The notes under the pieces are model-generated. The model was not told the DNA's origin. It did no database searches and saw nothing but the letters and a program-made list of their open reading frames with translations. DNA of 64,000 nt from Octopus sinensis (Eukaryota): the NCBI RefSeq assembly GCF_006345805.1, contig NC_043015.1, positions 47,740,001 to 47,804,000 on the forward strand. Reading direction: 5' to 3'. Made by a program: the position numbers and the translations under genes. Of the stretch, positions 51,734-63,130 are shown in pieces. Each line of letters starts with the position of its first letter. Positions within the stretch are counted from its first letter, which is position 1.

Positions 51734-54700
51734 AACAACAAACAAGATGATGACAAATGTCCGTTGAATGTAAATAATGTAAATAATTCCTCATCTCTTA
51801 AATATAGAACTGTATCGTGGGAAATTCTGTACATTCTAGGACAGTCGTGGGCAAACTACGCCTCACTGGATTTTCGGAATGGTATGTCTAACGAAAAATG
51901 ACCTTACATTTTTCAGTAGTGCAGCCCGTCTGATGATTAGCTGTCTCATTTGGCCTGTTTCTCGAAAAACGGTTGGCTATTCCAACTCTCGGATCTTTTT
52001 TGGCCTGACAAAGATAACTAGTTCGACTTCTGCCTCAGACAGCTTAGGAAAGATCTCTTGAATGTACTTAAAGGCTACAAATTTATTATCAAGTGTCATG
52101 ACTAAGTAATTTTATGTTGAATCACGGGAACAACACCTTCCAGATGTCCAGCAATGGCTTGAACCTGACGTTGTTACTCGTCACAGAAAACTCGGCCTGC
52201 TGCAGTCAGTGTCGTCTGTGGTAGTGCGCCTGTCTCTGGTGTACTTACTTACTTGTACTTGTACTTGTGGCGACATTCACCCTGGGCGGGTTGAGTCGGC
52301 TTCTTCTACCACCCTCGAGGGTTGGAAGAAGTTTCGTGGCAATATGTGGATTTCACAAGCGGTCCCCAACAATCCCGCATGTAGAGACATCCTCTTTGCC
52401 GCAGATTGTCCGCAGACCGCAGGGACAGAACGACGGAGGAGCCGCCGGTTGCCGAAACAGACACTCCGAGGATTTTCACCAGAGCCCCGTCTGCCGGGTT
52501 GTGGCCCTAATACCACTCGGTGTCAGACCAATCCGCCTTGGGTGGCCCTACCAGGAACCGAAGTTCCCGACGGCATAGCTCTGACACTACCCGTTGTCAG
52601 CGTCCCCGCCACAGTGAGAAGGGGATGGACTTTGGGGACGCTCTGGTGTAGCTGTTGTCCCAAAGGCAAAAATATCGAATAAACTTGGCAAAGCCACACT
52701 AGGGACTCATCAGGAATCTCACCATTTCGAAGGCTCCAATAATCTCCTAGCCACAATCATCATACTTCGAGGTACCTAGAAAGGTCTTGACGCAGTTGTA
52801 TTGTTCTTTGCATTGCCCTGAATAAGCTAGAGGAAGACAGATATTTTTACCTCCTGTTATGGAGAGTCACGGCTTTGAGACTCAGGATGTCTTTCTCAGA
52901 CAGACTGATCGCATCTTGACAGAAGCAGAAATCATGTTGATGGATGAAGGATGTAGATGACACTTCTTCTGATTTGTGACTCAGACACTTTCATCGAAAC
53001 CGGTTCAATAGCTTGAGGCCAAACGTTAAAAACTGGGCATTGGATTTGTGAAGGTAAGATTTTTGGTCGTCATTGAAGTCTTTTGCCTTTTATTTGTTCC
53101 AGTCGTTGGGACACAACTTCGAAGGATTCAGTCGAATAAATTGACCTCAGTACTTATCTTTTAAGTCTGGTACTTATGCTATCGGTCACTTTTGCTGAAC
53201 CGCCAAGTTGTGGTTGTCAAAAGAAAGACACATACATACGTTTATGTATGTATGTCTCTTTTATTTTATTATTATCATAAATCTTCCACAGAGGAGGGGG
53301 CCGGTTTCCAACAAAGATACAAGGCTCCCTCTTTGGAATGTACATAACATGTATATATGTATGTACGTATGTATACAAACAACGACCTTCCATGCAGTTT
53401 CTATCTACCAAAATTTACTTAAAACGCATTAGTCGGCCCAAAACTATAGTGGAAAACACTTGCCCAAAGTACCGCGGTACCACGCAGTGGGACTGAACTC
53501 GAAACCACCTGGTTGCAAAAGCGAGCTTCTTAACCACACAGCCATGCCTGCGCCTGTGAGGGTGACTGTCCTTAATTTATTGGGAACAATATTTTATTAT
53601 TTAATTACTATATTTTGTTATTTAATCATATTTTATTATTTAATTACAATAGTTTGTTATTTAATTATTATATTTTATTATTTAATTAGTCTCAAAGCAA
53701 CGGTAAAGAAGAACTGTCTAGCTGAGGTAAACAAGTAAACGTCTGTCTTATGCAATATATCGGTTATTTTTTTTTTTTTGGAGAAACAGCACGATGTGTT
53801 TACATGACGTAATAATCGATATTAGGAGCTAAAAATTTGATAAATCCAGTGTAAAAAATTAAAATCTGCTCGTAAAATATTTTTTTTTGAAAGACGAAAT
53901 GATGGACGGGCAGACAACGTACTTAATGCGATGCGATTTTATTTATGGACTGAAGATAACTGAAATGGGGAGGAAGAGAAAAATATGAAGCTTTACCTTT
54001 TGGAATACTTTGTCTGTGACAATTATCATAATCTGGCAATTGCCTGTTGACTGGCACCTCCTTTGATGTGTCTATGCTTTTGAAAAGGTCACAAGTTTTA
54101 CCAATGCTGACAGCATGACATTTAACAAAAACAAAACGAGAAAACTGCCAAAAAATCAGGTTCAGCGAAGTATTTTAACCTTACGCTGAAATTGAAATAA
54201 ACTGCTTAATAAAATCATGTTTCTTTTCCTTAAATATCTTCATTGTCCATATTAAATAAATAACTTTTAAAGTTTATTGCAGCTATTTTATGTGCACGAT
54301 CTCTCTATTATATCTGTTGCTACACGTCTATTCGTATGAATGGTTATGTTGTGCGCGTGTTGTCTGGTTATTATTATTTGCGTGTGGGCACTTTGCGATC
54401 GTGTGTGTGTATGAAGGGTGGTTGTGTGTGTGTGTGCGTGAGTATGTGCCCGTGTATGTGTGTATGCTGTGTGTGTGTGTGTGCTTTGATTAATACCGAG
54501 TTAGATAATAGATTTGCTAAGTAATGTATACACCTATCTTATCACTAATATAAAGCTATGAAGATGTAACTAAGAATAAGACGAAGAAGAAATTCTATTA
54601 CTAATTAAAAATGCAAGAAATAAATCGCAAAACAATATAATTGATTCAATCAATATATCAATAAAGTAATCAATTATCTTTGCAATGGAATGGTCGAAGG

Positions 54701-55067
54701 AAGATGAACAGCGTTGACAATTCTTTTCAGGGTCTCCAAGAGTGGTTGTAGGAAAGGTGGAGGGTACCCTCAGACAAGAGTTAAAAGTAGGCTACAGATT
54801 GAAGCTCCCAGACTTGACCCCATCCAACTGCAAGAACGGGGGCTTCTACACAGAAATTATCAACCAAATTTACTAGGTTTTGGTTGAACTAAGGCTGTTG
54901 GTAGAAAGATAATTCTTGCCCAGATACACGTGTGTTTATCATAGCTTCCCAACGAGATCGGTGGGCCGTTTCCAGCAGAAAATTAGTTTGGAATCCAGAC
55001 AACTGAAGAAAGACATCAACATAGCAACTGAAACCAGTTCAAGGTGCTGCCGTTGATAAGAGACTGC

Positions 55068-55475
55068 AGGTGAGCGAGCTGGCAGAAACGTTAACACGCC
55101 GGGCGAAATGCTTTGCGGTCTTTCTTCTGCCGCTACGTTCTGAGTTCAAATTCCGCCGAGGTCGACTTTGCCTTTCATCCTTGTGGGGTCGATTAAATAA
55201 GTACCAGTTACATACTGGGGTCGATGTAATCGACTTAATACCTATGTCTGTCCTTGTTTGTCTCCTCTATGTTTAGCCCCTTGTGGGTAATAAAGAAATA
55301 GGTTTTTCGTCTGCCGCTACGTTCTGAGTTCAAATACCACCGAGGTCGACTTTGCCTTTCGTCCTTGTGGGGGTCGATTAAATAAGTACCAGTTACGCAC
55401 TGGGGTCGATATAATCGACTTAATCCGTTTGTCTTGTCCCCTCTATGTTTAGCCCCTTGTGGGCAATAAAGAAAC
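55068..55475 (+). mobile_element. Family B SINE dimer
   Basis: TSD AAGAGACTGCAG, internal junction AAAGAAATA|GGTTTTTCGTC near 55280. Confidence 0.9.
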
Positions 55476-55864
55476 AAGAGACTGCAGATGGAACCCTTCT
55501 ACTGACTACAGCTAATCCATTCAGGAGAAGCGTACAGGGTAAAGGGCGAAACACTTGTGATCATGAGATTCCTACTGAAGATATAGAAGGGTTTCCAATA
55601 TTGCGAAAACTTTAATCAGCTTCAGAAGAAGAACTTGCAATATCTTTAAGAAGCTCTAACAGTTTCTGTATGAAGTATAGCATCTCTGAGATTTATTTTA
55701 CTAATATACATATATTTCTCTTCTCTCTCTCTCTCTCTCTCACCCTCCCTCTTTATTATATATATATATATATAATATATATATATATATATCTCGACTG
55801 CTATTTCCAGCAAACATTGGTGCCCTGTTGTGCCACTATTTCCGATATATATATATATATATAT

Positions 55865-55922
<58 letters not shown>

Positions 55923-56226
55923 GGGCGGACGGACGGACGGACAGACAGACAGATATATATATATATATATATAAGCCTTCGAAAAGAATATAGTTAAATG
56001 TTTTTCGATTATTTATAGTTAATACACGTATTTTTCTATATTTATTTGATAATTAGTATAAGTTAAGATAAGTACATTTATTCTATTATTATTTTTTTAT
56101 TATTGCTGTTGTATTTAGGAATGGTCATTTTGCCAGTTTAGACAATAAAAACACACGCACTATATATTTGGTGTTAATTTGCTTCAGTGTTATTTATTTT
56201 TTACACATTAATCTTAATCTTATTTC

Positions 56227-56271
56227 GGCCAGAATTCTTTCGTCACACTTCTGTGACTTCATCAGTGGTCC
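56227..56271 (-). ncRNA. Minimal hammerhead motif (further family)
   Basis: GGACCA-CTGATGA-A-GTCAC(AGAAGT)GTGAC-GAAAGAATTC-TGGCC. Confidence 0.6.
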
Positions 56272-56502
56272 TTTGCTTTCTTCTTTCTTATTTGTGTCTC
56301 TCTCCTTACTAACGGTCAGCCATTTTGTATTTTGTATTCCTATTGTACGTGTCTTTATTTGCGCATGCGTATACCTCTATGTGTGTCTAAGTTTAGTTAA
56401 TGTGTGTGTGTAGGGGTGGGGGAAGTGCCTGTAATATTTGTATCTCCTGTTTATACGCTCGTGTAATTTGTTTTTGTTTATTTAGTTCATGCGTTTACAC
56501 CT

Positions 56503-56906
56503 ACTCTTTTACTTGTTTCAGTCATTTGACTGCGGCCATGCTGGAGCACCGCCTTTAGTCGAGCAATTCGACCTCGGGACTTATTCTTTGTAAGCCCAGT
56601 GCTTATTCTATCGGTCTCTTTTGCCGAACCGCTAAGTTACGGGGACGTAAACACACCAGCATCGGTTGTCAAGCAATGCTAGGGGGACAAAACACAGACA
56701 CACAAACATATACACACATACATATAAACATATATATACATATATACGACAGGCTTCTTTCAGTTTCCGTCTACCAAATCCACTCACAAGGCTTTGGTCG
56801 GCCCGAGGCTATAGTAGAAGACACTTGCCCAAGGTGTCACGCAGTGGGACTGAACCCGGAACCATGTGGTTCGTAAGCAAGCTACTTACCACACAGCCAC
56901 TCCTAC
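56503..56906 (-). mobile_element. tRNA-SINE family A
   Basis: Reverse complement of the family consensus. Confidence 0.9.
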
Positions 56907-57121
56907 TTATTATTTTTTTTAAAGACACCATGTTTTTCTCTCTCTCAAATGCATTTAATTCAGGTTCTCAACAAACCCAGATGTTACTTTCACTCTATGA
57001 CACTTCTTACATAAACTTTAATATGATCTTTTTGTTTAGAGTGAAGGCGGCAAGCTGGCAGAAACGTTAGCGTGCTGGGTGAAATGCTTAACTATATTTC
57101 GTCTAATTTACAAATTTTTTT

Positions 57122-57293
57122 ATAGGCACAGGAGTGGCTGTATGGTAAGTAGCTTGCTTACCAACCACATGGTTCCAGGTTCAGTCCCACTGCATGGCAC
57201 CTTGGCCAAGTGTCTTCTACTATAGCCTCGGGCCGACCAAAACCATGTTAGTGGATCTGGTAGACGGAAACTGAAAGAATCCCGTCGTATATA

Positions 57294-57330
<37 letters not shown>

Positions 57331-57749
57331 TTGTTTTTGTGTTTGCCCCCCCTCCCACCGCATTGACAACCAATGCTGGCGTGTTTACGTCCCCATAACT
57401 TAGCGGTTCAGTCATTTGACTGTGGCCATGCTAGAGCACCACCTTTAGTCAAGCAAATCGACCCCAGGACTTATTCTTCATAAGCCTAGTACTTATTCTA
57501 TCAGTCTCTTTTGCTGAAAACACACCAGCACCGGTTGTCAAGCGATGTTGGGGGGACAAACACAGACACACACATACATATATATACGACAGGCTTCTTT
57601 CAGTTCCCATCTACCAAATCCACTCACAAGGCTTTGGTCGGCCTGAGGCTATAGTAGAAGATACTTGCCCAAGGTGCCACGCAGTGGACTGAACCCAGAA
57701 CCATGTGGTTGATAAGCAAGCTACTTACCACACAGCCACTCCTACGCCT
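57122..57749. mobile_element. Two family A SINEs fused tail-to-tail
   Basis: Plus copy 57122-57410 and minus copy 57407-57749. Confidence 0.85.
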
Positions 57750-57859
57750 CTTGTTAAAATTTATCTGGAATAAAGTGGTTATACTTCTACAATGCACAAA
57801 ATATTCTGACAATTGAACCTAGAAAGTTAACCTCTGGGGCACAAGACTGGACAAGGTTA

Positions 57860-58116
57860 TTTGTGGAAGACAAGCAGTTGCCCATACATATCAGTCTCTC
57901 CTCTCCACACCACTAAGGTTATCCAAGGGGAAGGCAAAGGGTGATACAGCTTGGCACCAGTGACATTGCAACTCATTCCTACAGTTGAGTAAACTGGAGC
58001 TATATAAAATAAAGTGTCTTGCTCAAAAACACAACACACAGCCCAGTCTAGGAATCGAACTCAGTACCTCATGATTGTGAGCCCGATGCTCTAACCACAG
58101 AGCCATGCACCTTCAC
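57860..58116 (-). mobile_element. tRNA-SINE (family D-related)
   Basis: GTGAAGGTGCATGGCTCTGTGGTTAGAGC...GAGTTCGATTCC...TTGAGCAAGACAC on the minus strand. Confidence 0.75.
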
Positions 58117-58737
58117 TACTGTTTTTATACAATTCCTAATAATATTTAATTATATAACTATGCTGTTGTGTCTGGGGAGAGTCATTTTCTTTTTGTGCCT
58201 TATAATTTAACACACTCACCGGTAAAATTTCCACTTTTTTCTTATTTTTATTTCCCTAAAATTTTCATTGCGTCTTGCAACCTTTTCAATAGTCTTGACT
58301 GTCTGTTATTTATACTGCGCTCCTTTTTGTTTGTTTGTGCGCATGTGTGTGGTTCAGTGTGTGTGTGCCTATACATGCATGCATGTACATATGTATGTAT
58401 GCATGTGTGTATGTATATATGTGTGTATGCATATGTATATATGTGTGTATGTGTGTGCATCTGTAAGTATGATTTTTTTTTCAAATAAAAATATAATGAC
58501 AGCTAGTGGGATCCATTTGAATAAAACAGAAATCAAAGGGGTTCATAGGTCAAAAATGGTCAAGAAACACTGTTCTACACTATTTCTCATTGAGCATCTC
58601 TGACCCTGAGTAGCTTCCACACAACCGATCAGCTGACATTATTTCCTCTCCTACTGAATTTCCAGCCCATTCTGAAGACATTCTTCACAATTTTATCTCA
58701 TTCCAAACTGAAATATCATAATGAGATCATTCTACAC

Positions 58738-59421
58738 ATAGGCGCAGGAGTGGCTGTGTGGTAAGTAGCTTGCTAACCAACCACATGATTCCGGGTTCAG
58801 TCCCACTCTGTGGCATCTTGGGCAAGTGTCTTCTGCTATAGCCCCGGGTCGACCAATGCCTTGTGAGTGGATTTGGTAGACGGAAACTGAAAGAAGCCTG
58901 TCATATATATGTATATATATATCTCGTGCCGGTGGCACATAAAAAGCACCATCCGTTCGTGGCCGTTTGCCAGCTCTGTCTGGCACCTGTGCGGGTGGCA
59001 CGTAAAAAGCACCCACTACACTCTCGGAGTGGTTGGCGTTAGGAAGGGCATCCAGCTGTAGAAACACTGCCAGATTTGACTGGCCTGATGAAGCCTTCTG
59101 GCTTCACAGACCCCAGTAGAACCGTCCAACCCATGCTAGCATGGAAAACGGACGCTAAATGATGATGATGATGATGATATATATATATATATGTGTGTGT
59201 GTGTGTCTATATGTTTGTGTGTCTGTGTTTGTCCCTCTAGCATTGCTTGACAACCGATGCTGGTGTGTTTACGTCCCCGTCACTTAGCGGTTCGGCAAAA
59301 GAGACCGATAGAATAAGTACTGGGCTTACAAAGAATAAGTCCCGGGGTCGATTTACTCGACTAAAGGCTGTGCTCTAGCATGGCCGCAGTCAAATGACTG
59401 AAACAAGTAAAAGAGTAAAGA
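58738..59421 (+). mobile_element. Family A SINE with a family C element (58922-59177) nested in its (TA)n tract
   Basis: Head and core up to 58920, family C insert ending in (GAT)n, then the family A 3' half resumes. Confidence 0.9.
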
Positions 59422-59774
59422 GATCCGTTGACCAAATTTCCCTTGCACAGCTTTGATTGGAATGAAGTTGTTGGTAAAAGAAAGACACTTGTTCAGAAAT
59501 ATGTGCATATGCTATCAGGTAGTTCAAACAATTTGAATTCTGATAATTCTAACACATTTCTGATTTGTCCAGCTGTATCTCATGTGAAAGAGAAATTGTA
59601 GACACAACTTGCTATCTCTTCAAGTGTGTTGCTTTATGTCTGAAAACAGTGTGATAAATGCTAAATAAAACTAGCTGCTACGTAAAAGAAATATTTACTC
59701 TTCTGCAAAATAATGCAAGTGATTGGATATCATAACATTTTATTCAAGAGATTTCAACTAACTTTTCTGAATCC

Positions 59775-60085
59775 TATAATCCTCTACTCCTTATTCCAGC
59801 AGACCCTTTGCTCTTTAATCCAACTGCTCATCTACTCCTTACTCCAGCAGACCCTTTGCTCCTTAATCCAGCTATGCCTCTGCTCCTTTATCCAGCTGCC
59901 CATCTACTCCTTACTCCAACAGACCCACAGACCCTTTGCTCTTTAATCCAGCTGCCCTTTTGCTCCTTAATCCAGATCTTCTGTTCCTCACTCCAATAGA
60001 CCCTCTGCTTCTTAATCCAGCTGACCCCCTTACTCCTTTATACAGTTGACCCTGTATTCTTTAATCCAGCCGACCTTCTACCTTT
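59775..60085. repeat. 24-bp minisatellite
   Basis: Unit ~CCTTTGCTCCTTAATCCAGCTGAC, about 13 copies. Confidence 0.85.
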
Positions 60086-60089
60086 TTAA

Positions 60090-60288
60090 CACTTTTGCTT
60101 TCAGATCACTGTCAAATGTAATGCATATCTATTCACGTTCTTTTCAATGGCTTCAAGATCTCAATGATGCGGTTGTTTATATTTAGAATGACATTGTAGA
60201 GTAGGTGTGAGAGGCTACATCTGGTCAGTTTGAACATAAAACAGTCAGAATATTTTGGTCAAATATGGGTGGTTCAAATACTAAAAGG
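60090..60288. mobile_element. Degenerate piggyBac-like MITE
   Basis: Termini TTAA|CACTTTTGC ... ACTAAAAGG|CTAA. Confidence 0.45.
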
Positions 60289-60504
60289 CTAATCCGGTTG
60301 ACTCTCTAAGATACACCATATTTACTGGTAAAATAGTAGAATCCAAAGAACAGTGAAACAAATTTTATGTCAAATAAAATTTATTTCACTGTTGAAAGTA
60401 TTTCTTCCTTCTTCGTGATTTGTTTCACCCAGAAAACTATTTGCAAAACATTCCTCTTCTTGATTCCTCCTTTCTAGTCTTGTTTTATCAACCAACCAGT
60501 TATA

Positions 60505-61526
60505 ACATCTTGTTTGATGCTTCTCCGCTTGGCAACTTGTTAGATCCTTGATCACTTGGCAACGTATTTGCTGCTTGTCCACTAGGCAACCTGTTTGATC
60601 CTTAATCACTTGGCAACTTATTTGCTGCTTGTCCACTAGGCAACTTGTTTGATCTTTGTCCATTTGTTTGATGCTGGTGCACTTGGCAACCTGTTTGATC
60701 ATTAATCACTTGGCAATATTTGTTGCTTGTACACTAGGCAACCTGTTTGATCCTTGTCCGTTTGTTTGATGCTGGTGTACTTGGCAACCTGTTTGATCCT
60801 TGATCACTAGGCAACTTATTTGATGCTTCTCCACTTGGCAACTTGCTTCATATTTGTCCACTTGGCAACCTGTTTGATCGTTGTCTATTTATTTCTTTAT
60901 TGCCCACAGGGGGCTAAACAGAGGGGACAAACAAGGACAGACAAAGGGATTAAGTCAATTATATCGACCCCAGTGCATAACTGGTACTTAATTTATCGAC
61001 CCCGAAAGGATGAAAGGCAAAGTCAACCTCGGCGGAATTTGAACTCAGAACGTAACGACAGACGAAATACTGCTAAGCATTTCGCACAGTGAACTAACAT
61101 TTCTGCCAGTTTGCTGCTTTTTTTTTTACGTGAAATAAAGTGTCTTGCTCAAGGACACAATGCATCGCCAGGAACTGAACTCACGACCTTACGATCATGA
61201 GCCAAATGCCCTAACCACTAGGCCACATTGTCTACTTGGCAACCTGTTTGATCTTTGTCCATTTGTTTGATGCTGGTCCACTTGGCAACCTGTTTGATCC
61301 TTGATCACTTGGCAACTTATTTGCTGCTTGTCCACTAGGCAACTTGTTTGATGCTTCTCCACTTGGAAACTTGCTTCATATTTGTCCACTTGGCAACATG
61401 CTTGATTGTTGTCCACTTGGCAACCTGTAGGATCCTTCACCACTTGGCAACTTCTTTGACCCTTGTCCACTTGGCAACTTATTTGACCCTTGTCCATTTG
61501 GCAGCTTGTCTGATCCTTATCCAAGC
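60505..61526. repeat. 27-bp minisatellite split by a SINE insertion (60888-61227)
   Basis: Unit ~CCTTGTCCACTTGGCAACCTGTTTGAT. TSD TTGTCTA at 60881 and 61228. Confidence 0.85.
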
Positions 61527-62371
61527 AACACTGAATCCTTCAACATTTCTATCGCAAAAAATAAACATGACAACCCCCCAAGGCCATAGTAGTCAGATGC
61601 AAGCAATAACAGCTGGAAACAGACTGGGAAGACGACAAAAGCATGTATTAGTTAACAAAAAATATAAAACAACTGTTTTGCAAAAGATCCGTTTAATTTT
61701 GAAAAATAGGTTCCAAAATTCAAGCACTGGTTTTTTTTACCACTATTTAAATGCCACCAGTAATCAACACAGATTTCATAATTTTCCATTATTATTATTA
61801 TTATTATCCTCAAATTCTGCTTGCATTATAAGAAAAACCTTTTATATTTTAATAAATCACTTAGCGTTAGCAATAAGATTCCAAGTAAAACAAATACACC
61901 ACTCAAGAAGATAAAGTATTCTTGTTTTTGTAAAGGTAACATAAAGACTGTTTTTGGTTTTAAAACATCTAAAAAATATTAACTAAATTATTTCCCAAAT
62001 TGGAGATAAATCTATAGAAGTTGAATTTCTTTATCTGTCCATTTTATGCAAATCCTTCTTTGGAGATATTTCTTTAAACACTGAATATTATGCTCTCTGT
62101 TAGGCATATCCTAAATCAAACCCATGTTGATAATCTGTCGCATACAGCCCATGTATGCAAGCTTGTCTGTATAAACATCCCTCATTCTTCAATTATACAC
62201 CAACAAAAATATAGCGAGTTATGGACTTATCCTTTTGCCCCTCACAAATTTGGCTTTGTAGAGCCTTTAGCCAAATCTGAAAATTCACAGAAAAAAAATT
62301 TAGAAAAAATTTCTATTTCATTCGTTAAACAACAAAAATTGCAGTCTGCTGTCATTGCATGAAACTTCATT

Positions 62372-62427
62372 TCACTTTCGTGCACTTTCAAAGTTTTGGA
62401 CAAACCAATCACAGGCATCTTTGATAC
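62372..62427 (-). CDS. GFUS: Last coding exon of GDP-L-fucose synthase (FX protein)
   Basis: Acceptor TGTTTCTTTTTAG| at 62428, then phase-1 reading xIKDACDWFVQNFESARK*. This matches the conserved C-terminus of animal GFUS/TSTA3 (human AVKETCAWFTDNYEQARK*). No upstream exon was recognised inside the window. Confidence 0.85.
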
Positions 62428-62515
62428 CTAAAAAGAAACATAATTAACAATGGAATTAAAAACTTTATAAAACTTCGACTTTTTAGGATCGTCTTAATTT
62501 TGATCCTATGTTTAA

Positions 62516-62719
62516 CCCTTTCGTTACTGTATTTATTTTGAGATGCTCTGTGTTTCTTTCAATTATTTTAAATATAACAAAGAATTTAATAAAATAACTT
62601 AGTTATCATTCAGCTAGTGAGACTAAGGCTTGGTGGAATATTTTAATTCAAAACTTATGAAAACAAGACATTTTACCACAGAGCCAGAGCTGGTTTTGGC
62701 CGGGTTAGTAACAAAAGGG
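62516..62719. mobile_element. piggyBac-like MITE (in the GFUS intron)
   Basis: TTAA on both sides; TIR CCCTTTCGTTACT / AGTAACAAAAGGG. Confidence 0.85.
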
Positions 62720-62812
62720 TTAAAACATAACATTGTAACAACATGGTTTCTGTATATCTTGTTATATAATGGCTTAGTAAATATTGTCACTAAGAAATTA
62801 ATTATAAACATC

Positions 62813-63130
62813 TTCGGTGGCACATAAGAGAACCATCCGAACGTGGCCATTGCCAGCGCCGCCCCGACTGGCCTCCGTGCCAGTAGCACGTAAAAAGCAC
62901 CATCCGATCGTGGCCGTTTGCCAGCCTCATCTGGCACCTGTGCAGGTGGCACCTAAAAAGCACCCACTACACTCACGGAGTGGTTGGCGTTAGGAAGGGC
63001 ATCCAGCTGTAGAAACACTGCCAGATCAGACTGGGCCTGGTGCAGCCTTCTGGCTTCCCAGACCCCAGTTGAACCGTCAAACCCATGCTAGCATGGAAAA
63101 CGGATGCTAAACGATGATGATGATGATGAT
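62813..63130 (+). mobile_element. Family C (RTE-related) element
   Basis: Same body and (GAT)n tail as 58922-59177. Confidence 0.8.

Larger units (their letters stand above)
51298..51811. mobile_element. Head-to-head palindrome of a tRNA-headed, hammerhead-tailed SINE-like element
   Basis: Minus arm 51298-51533 and plus arm 51560-51811. A box TGGCGTTGTGG, B box GAGTTCGATTCC. Degenerate ~22-bp TSD at 51276-51297 / 51812-51833. Confidence 0.8.

Noticed and set aside
52934-53010. GATG...CATC-GAAACCGGTT, possible hammerhead
   Set aside because: The 5' core reads TGGATGA and the stem I register is off. At most a decayed relic.
59775-61526. Short regular repeats resembling a CRISPR array
   Set aside because: The units are contiguous and degenerate with no unique spacers, there are no cas genes, and the context is eukaryotic.
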